Part shown: positions 17,390 to 28,000 of the stretch, one piece after another | How the letters are laid out: every line of letters begins with the position of its first letter | Numbering within the stretch: the first letter of the stretch is position 1 | Virus record (IMG/VR): IMGVR_UViG_3300021420_000014 | Strand: one strand, 5' to 3' | DNA length: 64,000 bases | Source: a virus | Position numbers and translations under genes: made by a program | The notes under the pieces: model-generated | The model's database searches: none | What the model was told of the DNA's origin: nothing | Seen by the model: only the letters and a program-made list of their open reading frames with translations

Positions 17390-18204
17390 TGGAGAGAATA
17401 TGTGTGTGTGGATTAGGACGCGTAGGACTCCCACTACTAGAGATGCTGCGCTACATCGGCTTCCAAGCGATTGGCTATGACCTGGATCCAGCGAAAACAG
17501 AATGCAATGGAGCAGAGGCTGTCGACCGCTCTGATGCGGCCATCTTCATCGTTCAAACGCCGTCTAATCCGGATGGCTCATTTTCCAATGCGCATTTATT
17601 TGAAGCCTTAGAACGGTTCTCTCGTCACGCAGCCGTCCAGAAGAAACATGATTATCTCTACATCATCGGCAGCACGACGACGCCAGGTAGTTGCAACAAA
17701 TTCCTTGAAATGGTTGGCCCAAACATCTGTTATAAGCCTGAGTTTATCCGGCTCGCCGACGTGCGCCGCGATCTATTGAATCCTGCAATCGTGTTGATCG
17801 GCTCAAATCACAAAGGGGCCGGCGACCAATGCGAAGAAATCTATAAACGCGTGACATCCGCGCCGGTAAAGCGTATGAGTATGATCGAAGCGGAACTAGC
17901 AAAGATCACTTTGAATTGTGCCTTGACGATGAAGATTTCGCTGGCTAATCAATTGCATCTTGTCGCCAAGGAACTCGGCGCGGATTCTTCGATTATCATG
18001 GATGCCGTTGGCAGCGATCCGCGCATAGGGAACGCCTATTTGAAGCCTGGATCTCCCTATGGAGGGCCCTGCCTACCCCGCGATAACCGTATGTTTCAAT
18101 ACGTAGCTAAGACGGTTGGTGTAGATGCCTGCCTTTCCGCAGCTGCAGATCAAATCAATGAATCAGAGGGCATTGGTAAATTGAAAACCGCCGAAGTAGT
18201 CTAG
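17389..18204 (+). CDS. UDP-glucose/GDP-mannose dehydrogenase family, short form
   Basis: GLGRVGLP; VQTP; STT.PG; PEF; AEL.K; YGGPCLPRD. Confidence 0.9.
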   Translation: MERICVCGLGRVGLPLLEMLRYIGFQAIGYDLDPAKTECNGAEAVDRSDAAIFIVQTPSNPDGSFSNAHLFEALERFSRHAAVQKKHDYLYIIGSTTTPGSCNKFLEMVGPNICYKPEFIRLADVRRDLLNPAIVLIGSNHKGAGDQCEEIYKRVTSAPVKRMSMIEAELAKITLNCALTMKISLANQLHLVAKELGADSSIIMDAVGSDPRIGNAYLKPGSPYGGPCLPRDNRMFQYVAKTVGVDACLSAAADQINESEGIGKLKTAEVV

Positions 18205-18224
18205 AAGCATGGTAGTATTCTTCC

Positions 18225-19085
18225 GTGAGCCTACGCGGTAAGTCCCTCTCGATCCTTACCCCTATGTACGGTGGCCAGCTTTCCATGAATTATCATTCTT
18301 CCTTCTTGCAACTCGCGCTTTTGTGCCGCGAGAGAGGGATCGACTTCGGCTGGAGCAACGTCATCAATGAATCGCTGATCTCCCGCGCTCGCAATACATT
18401 GGCAGACAGCTATCTGAAAGATAGCTCGAGGACACATGCTGTGTTTATCGACGCCGACATTGGATTCGATGCGCTCGATATTCTCGCCATGCTGGAAATG
18501 GATGTCGATATCGTCGGCGTTCCCTGCTCCAAAAAGTCCATTCGCTGGGATCGCGTCCAGCACGCCATCACTAAGCGTGTGTTTCAGTGGGTAAAGGAGA
18601 ATGAAGCGATTTGTCAAAATGGCTCAGACGTCAATAGCCTAGCGCAACAATTCCAGCGCGACGGCATGGAGATCGATCCAGCAGAGTTTCCCAGAATTGC
18701 AGGCGATTTCGTTATGCGCTTCCTGCCTTTCGAAGAAAAGGTAATCCAAGTCGACAAGCCAGAGATAATGAAACAAATGGGTACAGGCTTGCTGATGATC
18801 AAGAGGGAAGTCTTTTTGAAATTCAAGAAGGCTTATCCCGACCGCTGGTATGAGGCACCGCACGGCGAATCAGGTACGCTTCCTGGCCAGATACACGATT
18901 TCTTCAGGGTGGGCGTAAATCCGGAAACGCGCCTCTACGATTCCGAAGATTTCTGGTTTTGTAAAAATTGTTCCGATCTCGGTTACAAGATCTGGATGCT
19001 TCCCCATGTGCGCACCACGCATATGGGCACCTATACTTTTGTTGGAGACATGCCGGCAGCGCTTGCCTACGCCGGAGAGATTTGA
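18225..19085 (+). CDS. GT-A-like glycosyltransferase (phage family)
   Basis: ESLISRARN; FIDADI; GTGLLMIKR; SEDFWFC. Confidence 0.85.
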   Translation: MSLRGKSLSILTPMYGGQLSMNYHSSFLQLALLCRERGIDFGWSNVINESLISRARNTLADSYLKDSSRTHAVFIDADIGFDALDILAMLEMDVDIVGVPCSKKSIRWDRVQHAITKRVFQWVKENEAICQNGSDVNSLAQQFQRDGMEIDPAEFPRIAGDFVMRFLPFEEKVIQVDKPEIMKQMGTGLLMIKREVFLKFKKAYPDRWYEAPHGESGTLPGQIHDFFRVGVNPETRLYDSEDFWFCKNCSDLGYKIWMLPHVRTTHMGTYTFVGDMPAALAYAGEI

Positions 19086-19094
19086 GGAGCAATC

Positions 19095-19334
19095 ATGGCA
19101 TTCCAACTTAATCCGATGGGGATAACCGGGCCGACCTGGGCCGGCAACTTTGTTCAATCCGATTACCGTGTACCGGCCGTGAACTCTGCGGTTGCGTCCT
19201 CTCCCGTTGGTGCCGATGAATTCGTTGGCACTTGGCCAATCGCTGTTTATACGCAACCCAATTATCCGACGACGCCAGTGCCGAATCCTCCCTTCCCGCT
19301 CGGCAATTGGACTCCAATTAAGACATTGCAATAG
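19095..19334 (+). CDS. Pro-rich small protein sharing the GPxWxGN[FY]xQ motif
   Basis: SD GAGGAG; GPTWAGNFVQS. Confidence 0.7.
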   Translation: MAFQLNPMGITGPTWAGNFVQSDYRVPAVNSAVASSPVGADEFVGTWPIAVYTQPNYPTTPVPNPPFPLGNWTPIKTLQ

Positions 19335-19336
19335 AC

Positions 19337-20032
19337 ATGGCTGGCGCAACCACATCGGTACTTGACTTGATCTCGGTTCAGGACATGCACGACTGGATCC
19401 CTGGGCTCAAGCAATCCACGACCGATGATGATGTGCTTCTCCAGGCATGCATCACAGCCTGGGGCTTTGAGTTTCTGAGCCGCACTGGCCTTGGCGATCA
19501 AAACACTGATTTCGCGCAATCTCCATTCACTGCAATTTGTAACTTCGATGAATTCCATGACGGTTCAGGAACGACCAGATTGTTTTTGAAGAATAGGCCA
19601 ATTAGAACCGTGACACTCTTGAATATCAACGGAATGAGTGTGGCTCCATCCACAGGTGTTGCTGTGCAGGGATACGTGATTGATGGAAATGCTAAAAGTA
19701 TTGCATTGAGAAGCGGAGTTCCAGGAACCGGTGGGCCCAGCCCTATCTTTGCGCAGTGGCAGGCTGGACCCTTCTACGCCTTAGGCGGAGGCTTGCGCTT
19801 TTGGAAAGGGATCCAAAACATAGAAGTCCAATACACGGCCGGCTACGCCACTGTTCCGGCAGACATAGCACAAGCTGCCAAGATTGTCGTCCATCAAAAC
19901 TACAAACGTCGGCCGTATACAGATGAAGCATCGCGCTCTTTGGCTGGTGGCGGTGGAACGATTCGTTATCGCGATTGGGATATACCAATCGCCGCACAGT
20001 GGGTCGTGGACCGCTACACGCGTACTTTGTAG
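19337..20032 (+). CDS. head-tail adaptor protein
   Basis: DGSG...L.L.NRPI; NIEVQYTAGYATVPADIAQA. Confidence 0.85.
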   Translation: MAGATTSVLDLISVQDMHDWIPGLKQSTTDDDVLLQACITAWGFEFLSRTGLGDQNTDFAQSPFTAICNFDEFHDGSGTTRLFLKNRPIRTVTLLNINGMSVAPSTGVAVQGYVIDGNAKSIALRSGVPGTGGPSPIFAQWQAGPFYALGGGLRFWKGIQNIEVQYTAGYATVPADIAQAAKIVVHQNYKRRPYTDEASRSLAGGGGTIRYRDWDIPIAAQWVVDRYTRTL

Positions 20033-20042
20033 TGACTAACGC

Positions 20043-20534
20043 ATGCCTGATACTCTTAAGATCACCATGCAGAATGATGCAACTCTGATCGCCAAGTTGC
20101 GTGCGGCAGGGCCGCGGATTATTCAAGTCATTACGAACAAAATGAATGCACTCATGTTTCTTTTGGAAGGTAAGATCAAGAGCGAAAAACTGTCGGGCCA
20201 AGTATTGCAACGCCGCAGTGGCATACTCTCTGGAAGTGTGCGCGCGATCCCGGCCGCGCTCGAAGGAACCAATATTGTTGGCGGGGTAACGGCTGGAGGC
20301 GGCGCAGCCATGTATGCAAGTGTGCAAGAATACGGTGGCACTCACGCCTATCCGGTATTCGCTGTGAAAGCTCGGGCCTTGGCATTTTTAATGGATGGCA
20401 AGCAGGTTTTTGCAAAGCGCGTCATGCATCCACCTCTACCCGCTAGATCGTACATGCGCTCGTCTCTCGAAGAGAATTCCGCTAAAATCAAATCCGAACT
20501 CCAGCAATCCATCCTGGATAGCCTCAACGAATAA
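20043..20534 (+). CDS. neck/tail-completion protein (HK97 gp10-like)
   Basis: RSG.L..S; YA.VQEYGG; ARSYMRSSL. Confidence 0.8.
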   Translation: MPDTLKITMQNDATLIAKLRAAGPRIIQVITNKMNALMFLLEGKIKSEKLSGQVLQRRSGILSGSVRAIPAALEGTNIVGGVTAGGGAAMYASVQEYGGTHAYPVFAVKARALAFLMDGKQVFAKRVMHPPLPARSYMRSSLEENSAKIKSELQQSILDSLNE

Positions 20535-20565
20535 TTCTTGTTGTTGCTGTTGCTTTTGTATAGTA
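20530..20565 (+). promoter_or_regulatory. repeated late-gene upstream motif, copy 2
   Basis: 28 bp identical to copy 1, followed by TATAGT. Confidence 0.65.
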
Positions 20566-20585
20566 GCGTCCCTGTTGGTTCTCGA

Positions 20586-21668
20586 ATGGTTTTTTCCATC
20601 AACAAGTCTGCCCAGAATAAAGCCGTAGAGGCGCATGGCGCATATTTTTCAGGTGATCCTGCCACAGCTGCCGTGCTTTATCGAGACGCCTACGAACTCG
20701 ATCCCACGCCAGAACGCGCCTACGACATAGGCATTGCACTTAGCCATAGCGGCGGATTTGACGAAGGGCTGCATTGGCTGAGCATTGCTTATAAAGGTCG
20801 ACCAGAAAAGTACCGTGGCGCATACGGTGAAGCGCTTTTCCGTGATGGCCAGTGGCTCGAGGCCTGGAAGTACTGGTCTCCGCTGGTTGAGAATCCTTTT
20901 GAAGGTGGCGGCGAAAAGTGGCGTGGCCAGGACCTTACCGGCAAAGAAGTGCTCGTAGTTCCAGCCGGCGGATTTGGCGATATATTCATGCTCGCACGCT
21001 ACATTCCTGAAGTCGCGCGCCGGTTCAACTGCAACGTGAGTTTCGCGCCGACGTCTGACTTGGTTCCCGTGTTCTTGCGCCAACCTTCACTCGCCACCGT
21101 GAACATGAAGGACCACCGCAAGTGGGATATCTGGATTCATTTGTTCGAGTTCATGCAGCTCTTTCAGATGACGCCAGAAACGGTTTTGTGGAATGGCCCG
21201 TATATTGAGCCTATCAGCGTTCCGCGTACGCGCGGTCTTCGCATAGGTGCCAAACTCGGCGCAGGTGAGAAAGGCGACGTTTTCAAATTCCGTTCTGTCC
21301 CTACCTCGCTCGGCGATCGATTCATGGAGACAATTTACAATTACGGCGACGACAACGATGAAGTCATTCCGCTTACGTTAGGTAGCGGACTAATCCAAGA
21401 CTGGCGTGACACGATTGCGCTCATCTCTGCTTGCGATTTGGTTTTGAGTGTCGATACCGCAGTGTTGCACCTAGCTGGTGCAATGGGGAAACCGGCATGG
21501 GCGATACTTGGCGACTTTAACGATGCCAAGTGGGGGAAAGCAGGATCCTCGACACCGTGGTATCCCTCGATGCAAATTTTCCGTGGTGAAGGCAAAGGCT
21601 ACGAACATACTCTTGATCAGGTGACAGCGGCTTTGCGTGTTTGGCTGTTGCACCAAAAGGAGAACTAA
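20586..21668 (+). CDS. TPR-containing GT9-like glycosyltransferase
   Basis: N-terminal TPR helices; GGFGD..M.ARY; DLVLSVDTAVLHLAGAMG; TPWYPSM. Confidence 0.88.
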   Translation: MVFSINKSAQNKAVEAHGAYFSGDPATAAVLYRDAYELDPTPERAYDIGIALSHSGGFDEGLHWLSIAYKGRPEKYRGAYGEALFRDGQWLEAWKYWSPLVENPFEGGGEKWRGQDLTGKEVLVVPAGGFGDIFMLARYIPEVARRFNCNVSFAPTSDLVPVFLRQPSLATVNMKDHRKWDIWIHLFEFMQLFQMTPETVLWNGPYIEPISVPRTRGLRIGAKLGAGEKGDVFKFRSVPTSLGDRFMETIYNYGDDNDEVIPLTLGSGLIQDWRDTIALISACDLVLSVDTAVLHLAGAMGKPAWAILGDFNDAKWGKAGSSTPWYPSMQIFRGEGKGYEHTLDQVTAALRVWLLHQKEN

Positions 21669-21669
21669 C

Positions 21670-22122
21670 TTGCGTAGATTCAATTTGACTGGAACGATTG
21701 CAGTGATGGCTAGCTCGTACAAGTCAGCTCTCTCCATTGCTGCAACTGCGGCTGTAACGCCGACGATCTATGACTTTACCGTTGGCACCTCGGGCACGCC
21801 GGCTGATAACTCGACACAGTGGGAAGCGATCCGTATGTCGGGCACAGTTGGCACTTCCACAGCCTCGGTGCCGAACCCGCTTGAAGCGAACGACGGCGCG
21901 TCAACCTCGATCGGTGCAACGAACTATACGGCCGAGCAGGGCACGCCAGGTGTGATCATATTCGGGCCGATGGACTTGAACATGCGCGCCACTTATCGGT
22001 GGGTCGCGGCACCTGGCGGCGAGTTGGTCACGCCTCCGACTGCGGCGAATACGATCAACCTCAGATCGCAGTCGAGCGCGTACACGGGCGTGTCGGACGC
22101 CCACTGTCATTTCTGGGAATGA
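21670..22122 (+). CDS. putative virion structural protein
   Basis: SD AAGGAG plus TTG; Thr/Ala-rich beta protein. Confidence 0.65.
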   Translation: MRRFNLTGTIAVMASSYKSALSIAATAAVTPTIYDFTVGTSGTPADNSTQWEAIRMSGTVGTSTASVPNPLEANDGASTSIGATNYTAEQGTPGVIIFGPMDLNMRATYRWVAAPGGELVTPPTAANTINLRSQSSAYTGVSDAHCHFWE

Positions 22123-22193
22123 ATAAGTTATTTATTATCAACACTATATAACAATATTACCAAAATACTCCGGTCTGTGCTAAGCTTTCCGGC

Positions 22194-22721
22194 ATGCCAC
22201 ATGGATATAAGTGCCGCGAAGGTGAAACTCCCGAAGAAGCGACGAAGCGGTATATGCGCGAGTACCGCGCTGCTCATCGGGCACAACTCTCCGAATACGA
22301 ACGTGTCCGCTCAGCCAACCGCCGTCGAGATTCTCCGGAATATCGTCAGGCAGCTAATAATCGCGCCAGGCGTTGGGCTGAAAAGATGGGCAAAGAATAT
22401 ATTCATGAGCAGGCCCACGAACGTACCCGCGAACTCAAAAAAGAAGTTGTCGCTGCGTATGGTGGCAAGTGTACCTGTTGTGGTGAAGATAATTGGCAGC
22501 TTTTGACTATTCATCACATTGATGGTGAAGGCGCTGCACATAGAAAATCTCTATTTGGCAGCCGCACCGCGGCTGGCAATCGTTTTTATCGCTGGCTCAA
22601 AGCGCAAGGTTTCCCGAAGGATAATTTCGAGTTGAATTGTTGGAATTGCAACCTAGGCAAGGAATTGAATCACGGCATCTGTCCCCACCAAGCTCGGCGA
22701 GCGCAAGCGGCCTCTGCCTAA
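22194..22721 (+). mobile_element. HNH-like endonuclease
   Basis: YGGKCTCCGE...LTIHHIDG...CWNCN..K...CPH. Confidence 0.8.
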
Positions 22722-22762
22722 TTTTGGTTCTAGCTGTTGCGTTATTCTGATACCCTCGGTGC

Positions 22763-23404
22763 ATGGGGCATCTTGAAGAGTTTTCCCGTTGGCCCGCCCA
22801 GCGCTTCATTGAAACCGGCGTCGGCGAAGGTAAGACACTTGCTGCGGCCGCGCAGGTTTATGCAGAGTGCATTTCCATAGAACTTCATCCAGTTCGTCAC
22901 AAGGCCGCTGTTGAACGCTTCAATGGTTTCTCCAACGTCAGCATATATTACGGCAATAGCCCAGACATCTTGCGCAAGGTAGTCGACCCGAAGATCTCTA
23001 CGGTCTTTTGGCTCGACGCGCATTTCGTCAAAGGCGACGCCGACTGGAAGAATGGCACTGCACCGAAAGAACACGGGCTCTGTCCGCTGGTCGAGGAGTT
23101 GCAGATCATCAAGGATCTCGAGTGGGCGACAAAACCTGTAATCCTCATCGATGACTGGAGCACCTTCCGGTTGACAGATTTCGGTTGGCCGACTCTAGCC
23201 TCACTAGATGAGTTGATGGGCGTGAAGCATCAGCGATTCACGGATCTCCCGGGCGGGGATGTATTCGGTTACGTGCTACCAACTCCGGCACAGCCAGCAC
23301 CGATGCGGCCGCGTGCAGACGTGATGGCTGACGTCAGGCTGTATTTGCCGCCGGTGTTGCGCGAAGAACTCGATCGGGCGAACGCCGAATTGGAGAAGGC
23401 GTGA
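22763..23404 (+). CDS. methyltransferase-like protein
   Basis: FIETG..G; SIEL; GNS; FWLDAH; VILIDD. Confidence 0.75.
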   Translation: MGHLEEFSRWPAQRFIETGVGEGKTLAAAAQVYAECISIELHPVRHKAAVERFNGFSNVSIYYGNSPDILRKVVDPKISTVFWLDAHFVKGDADWKNGTAPKEHGLCPLVEELQIIKDLEWATKPVILIDDWSTFRLTDFGWPTLASLDELMGVKHQRFTDLPGGDVFGYVLPTPAQPAPMRPRADVMADVRLYLPPVLREELDRANAELEKA

Positions 23405-23521
23405 CCAAGCTGGATCCGTGCACTAGGTGTGGGCGTCCCAGGACTGCAGGAGATGAACCATTTTTTCAATGCAGTCGTTGCCGACGAAGAGCGCGAGTGA
23501 TGCGCAAGAAGAAAGCCACAC

Positions 23522-23821
23522 ATGCTTAAACCTCAAGGCTACGGAATCATCACTGATCCCGGCGATCCAACTGGTCGCACGTACAAGATTCCCATCGAAC
23601 ACGAGACATGCACATGTAGCCATTGCAATAAAATTGTGATCATCCCGCCTGGATGGACGCCGAAGAACATGCCGAACCAGTGCAAGGGTTGCATGGGCTA
23701 TCTATGTCTTGGCTGTTGGGGCGCTCGCACGCTCGGCGCGCCGTGTGTGACTTGGCGTCAGCAAATTGATCGCATGCTTGAGAGGAACTACGCGCTGAGG
23801 TCTTACGGAATCGAGGTCTAA
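23522..23821 (+). CDS. small Cys-rich zinc-binding protein
   Basis: CSHC...CKGC...CLGC. Confidence 0.65.
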   Translation: MLKPQGYGIITDPGDPTGRTYKIPIEHETCTCSHCNKIVIIPPGWTPKNMPNQCKGCMGYLCLGCWGARTLGAPCVTWRQQIDRMLERNYALRSYGIEV

Positions 23822-23822
23822 C

Positions 23823-25010
23823 GTGAAACGATTTCTGCTCACAAGCGGTGCGTTGGTCCTGGCGGCTATTGTGCTCTCGCTTTTGATACCTTCGCCGCGG
23901 CGAATGTCCGCGCAGACCAACGTCACGATTCCACAGAACTTCGCAAACGTGCTGTGCATCGATTCGTCTGGCTCAGGAACGGTGCAAAGCTGTTCGACAA
24001 CGCCGAGTTTCACAGCCGGCGACAATTCCGCGATTCTTTACGAAACGACGACGGCCAATACTGGCGATGTGACCATTGCCGTCAATGGTGGGTCTGCGCA
24101 GCACGTTCGCAAATGGCTTGGCGCATCAGTTTTGGCAGCTGGAGATCTGCCAGCCAACACGCCGATGTGGATCGTGAACGATGGTACGTATTGGGAGTTA
24201 TCAACGATCGGGAATGTTCCGGGTAGTTCTGCTCCTGGGTGGCTTTCATATTACGGTGACGGCTCAGACGGAGCCTTAACCGATAGTTCTAGCGGAAATC
24301 GCTCAGGCATTTTTTACGCCACGACCTATACCTGCTCGGGTACTACGACAGTAACGAGTAATTTGTTGAACTCCTCGTTAATCATTCGCGCTACCGTATC
24401 TATCACTATCGGTGCGGCTTGTTCATTCGTGGCGACCGGAGAAGCTAATGGAGCAAGTGATTCTGGAGGCGCTGGCGGTGGTGGAGGTGGCGGCACTGCT
24501 GCAGGAGGAAATGGATCTTCAAACAAGGGTTTATCGGCGGGAAGTCAAGTTACGATTGTGTTAGGGGGTTCTGGTGGGGGATCGAGTGGTGGAACCGGAG
24601 GCGTTGGAGCTGCTCCGTCTACCAACGTTATTCGATCTCTTTTAGAAGGTGGTATTGCTACTACTGATTACGTTATGGGCGGGGGTGCAATAGGTGGTAC
24701 AGGAGGTAGCAGCGGTGGTGCGGGTGGAAATGGTGGTGGTGTAATGATTTTCGTTGCGCCAAAGATTACTTTGGCATCAGGGGCTTCGTTTACATCGAAT
24801 GGTTCCCCTGGAAGCAATTCTGGAGCGAATACTCAAGGCGCGGGAGGTGGTGGAGGTGGTGGCGTGATTATTATTCGCTCGCCAAACCTCACTGATAGTG
24901 GGGCAACTTTTAGTGTTGCAGGAGGAGCAGCGGGAAGTTGTCTCTCATTCACAACTTGCGGTCCTGGCGGTGCAGGCGGCGCAGGCTGGAGCAAAGAGAT
25001 CACGCAATGA
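23823..25010 (+). CDS. signal-peptide-bearing glycine-rich fibre-like protein
   Basis: hydrophobic N-terminus ...MSA|Q; YGDGSDG; poly-Gly tracts. Confidence 0.75.
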   Translation: MKRFLLTSGALVLAAIVLSLLIPSPRRMSAQTNVTIPQNFANVLCIDSSGSGTVQSCSTTPSFTAGDNSAILYETTTANTGDVTIAVNGGSAQHVRKWLGASVLAAGDLPANTPMWIVNDGTYWELSTIGNVPGSSAPGWLSYYGDGSDGALTDSSSGNRSGIFYATTYTCSGTTTVTSNLLNSSLIIRATVSITIGAACSFVATGEANGASDSGGAGGGGGGGTAAGGNGSSNKGLSAGSQVTIVLGGSGGGSSGGTGGVGAAPSTNVIRSLLEGGIATTDYVMGGGAIGGTGGSSGGAGGNGGGVMIFVAPKITLASGASFTSNGSPGSNSGANTQGAGGGGGGGVIIIRSPNLTDSGATFSVAGGAAGSCLSFTTCGPGGAGGAGWSKEITQ

Positions 25011-28000
25011 AAAAGTTTTTGGGACTTATTGTTGTCTTTTTGGCTACCGTGCCGTTCAGTTTTGCAATGTGTCCTGGCAGTGCTCCTGCGATCACATCTG
25101 GTCCTTCGGCGTCAATTTCTGGACTAGACGCAACGATAAGTTGGAATACGGATTCGCTGTCAACTTCCGAAGGGAGTTACGGTGATCTTGGTTATACAAA
25201 CGATTCGGGTAGCGTGTGGATTGCGCAAGACCAATCTGTAGGGGTTACTAGTCACAGTATTGTATTTCATAACGCGTTATTGACTACTGGCCAAAGTACT
25301 ATCCAATATTGGGTGACTTCGCGGTGTATCGTTGCAGGCACTCCCAGTTGGGCTTTGATCGCGCAGTCAGCGGCTCACACATTTGCTCTGTCCTCTGGTG
25401 GGCCAACCATTACAGCAGGGCAGCTCGTTACGGCGCTTGGTAGTCCTTTGCGGCCGGTGTTTCCCGTTTATGACGGTGTGCACCCAGGTTATCAGGTAAC
25501 GCCTGGGCAAGGCTTCGTAGTTCAATTTAATTCGTTTGGCACAACCCTTCCCAGTAGTGGCTACGTGTTCAGTGATGGTACTGGGACGACCATGAATTAT
25601 GTTTTTTCGGGGACGGCCTTCAACTACATCACAAGCATGAGAGGCTGGTCGTCTGGTGGAGCCATCTTTGATGGCGGAAGTTTACCAACCAGCGCCCTAA
25701 ATGCCCTCAAGCTAGGGGGGCAGTGCAACACCGTAAGTGTGATAGTTGCGTGTGGCAACGTCGATTTTGTTTTGTCTCCCACCACGCCGACAGGCGGAGC
25801 GAACTGTACCAATAATGGCGGAATAGATTTAGGCGGAGGTCGCTGCGCTTACACTTTGGTCATCACAGAAACTTCGGGCGACACGAATTGCATTTATAAC
25901 GGAGGTTCGACTCTTACTTGCAACACCGCAACCGCCAGCGGCTACGTAATCGCGAATAGCACGCCGGCGCTTCCCGTTGGTCCGGGCTGGGCGGGAGAGG
26001 CCGACATCCCTTGTCGAACACGGGCCACGATGTTTACTGATAATTGTCAGTGCCTGATCTCCTCAGGTGATACGAACTGTACAACGGCTGCTCTGTGCCC
26101 AGACATAATGTCGAGTACTTGTTACTATTCTTACGAGAGTCTCATCCACAACAATCCGGCGCAGAAAGACAACACTTGGGCCGAAATTTGGGGTTTATCC
26201 ACCTACCACTTTGCTGTCAGCGGAAATCCCAACTGGTTTTACGAAGCCTGTCATGTAGATCATCTGTTGGCGGCCTACACGGGCCAGAACGCTCAATGGA
26301 ACAACGTCTCGCAATATTGCTTACATACGATGCGAGACATTCAGCAATATCCGCCCACGCTAGAGACTGTCACCTCGACAAATTCCTTTACGGTGACCGG
26401 GAACGGTGCTCCTACCCAAAATGCCGTCGATTCGTGCGCCACAATTTTGACAAATAGTACCGGCACTCAGGTTTGTGCGACGTATACCGTGCCGACTGCA
26501 GCTACTCTCTCTGGTCTAGTGTCAGGTTTGGCGTCTGGGTATCAATACCTTGCTGTTGATACCAATTTTAACAGCTCTGCCTGCCCCCAGCATTGCGGTG
26601 CGGATTGCCAGGTGTTGAGCGCCGTGAGTGGAACGAGCTTCACAACCGAATGTGTTCTCGGCAGCACGCCTGGAACTACCGATACGTGGACTATCGTGCG
26701 CCTGTTGAGCAACCTGACGGCGACAGCCGGCACAACCGGAACTTCGCTTGTGTGTTCGACTTGTGATTTTGCGGGGATGTTTACTATCAGTCCTACTTCG
26801 GGACACGCCGGCACAAGCTACGCCGTAGGCGATGTGGTGACGATCACGGCGCAAGGCGATACCGCGACAGTGTATGTCGTCAACAGTGGTGCGGTTGTTT
26901 CTCTCGTCCCGAACGCGGCACAGGCATACGTCATTGGTTCCGGTTTGGCCACGACGACAGGAGGTTCAGGCAGCGGCTTACAAGTGGACATAAGTCTGGC
27001 ACCGCAAACGGCCTATATCGTAAGCGGCGTGTCGAACGAGTGGGATGGCATAGCTACTTCGCCGGGGGCAAAAGTAAGCAGCGTAAACGTCAGCACTCAC
27101 ACGGTTACGCTATCGAGTTCGATCACCGGATTAGCCAGCAGTTCCGTTTTTCAAATCCGCACTTGGATAGGACCAGGTGGCGGTGCAGCCATTTATAACT
27201 GGCCAATCCAGCTTCAGGATGTGTGGAACAGCCAAGGTGACTACATTTCTCTCGACATGATCAATCTCATGTCGGTCACGGACAACCCCGGAGGTATTCC
27301 GGCGCTTTATGAGAATCAGCGAGAACTGGCTATAGAGATTCGTAGCTGCCAAATTATTTTGGATATTCGCAATACCGCGGCGGGGACGTTAGCTGCTCAG
27401 TTGCCTTCCTCAGTCTGTACAGATCCCGTTCAAATGGCAATGTTGGTCGATGCGGAGTTCTCGCAGATCGACTGGCTTGTAAACAATTCCGGCAATTCCA
27501 ATCCTTCGGCAGTCATCATCGGAGGCAATGGAACTAATAACGATACGTTTCTAAGCGGCGTGCAGATGTACTCGGTTCAAAGGATACTCAACGATCCTTT
27601 GGTTTACTCTGCCACTGATCCGCGAGGGCCGTACTGGATAAAGACTTATGCCGATTATCTCTACGTTAACGGCTACAGTTACGTTAATCCGGCCTGTGGT
27701 GCCTACTTATTTCACGAATGGGCTTACGAATTTGAATCTCCACACATGGGCTTGTGCACGGTATTGGGCGGCTCTCTTCCTATAAATGTTTCAGGGACTC
27801 CCGTACAGAATGTTTGGAGTGAGCAGGCTCTAATCTGGCCTGCTTTTGCATGGTTATGCAATAAAACTGGAGCGGCACTTATCCCCACGACATCGGTCAG
27901 TTATTGCGCGGCCTTCAACGATATGTTCCGGTACGGCACGGTCTACTCTATTCAGGCGATTGACAGTGCGGTGGCGCCGGGACCAAAAACGATAGGACAG

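Noticed and set aside
20538-20585. MLLLLLLY N-terminus suggesting a signal peptide on the TPR-GT9 protein
   Set aside because: It is the translation of the repeated regulatory motif; ATG 20586 is the likelier start
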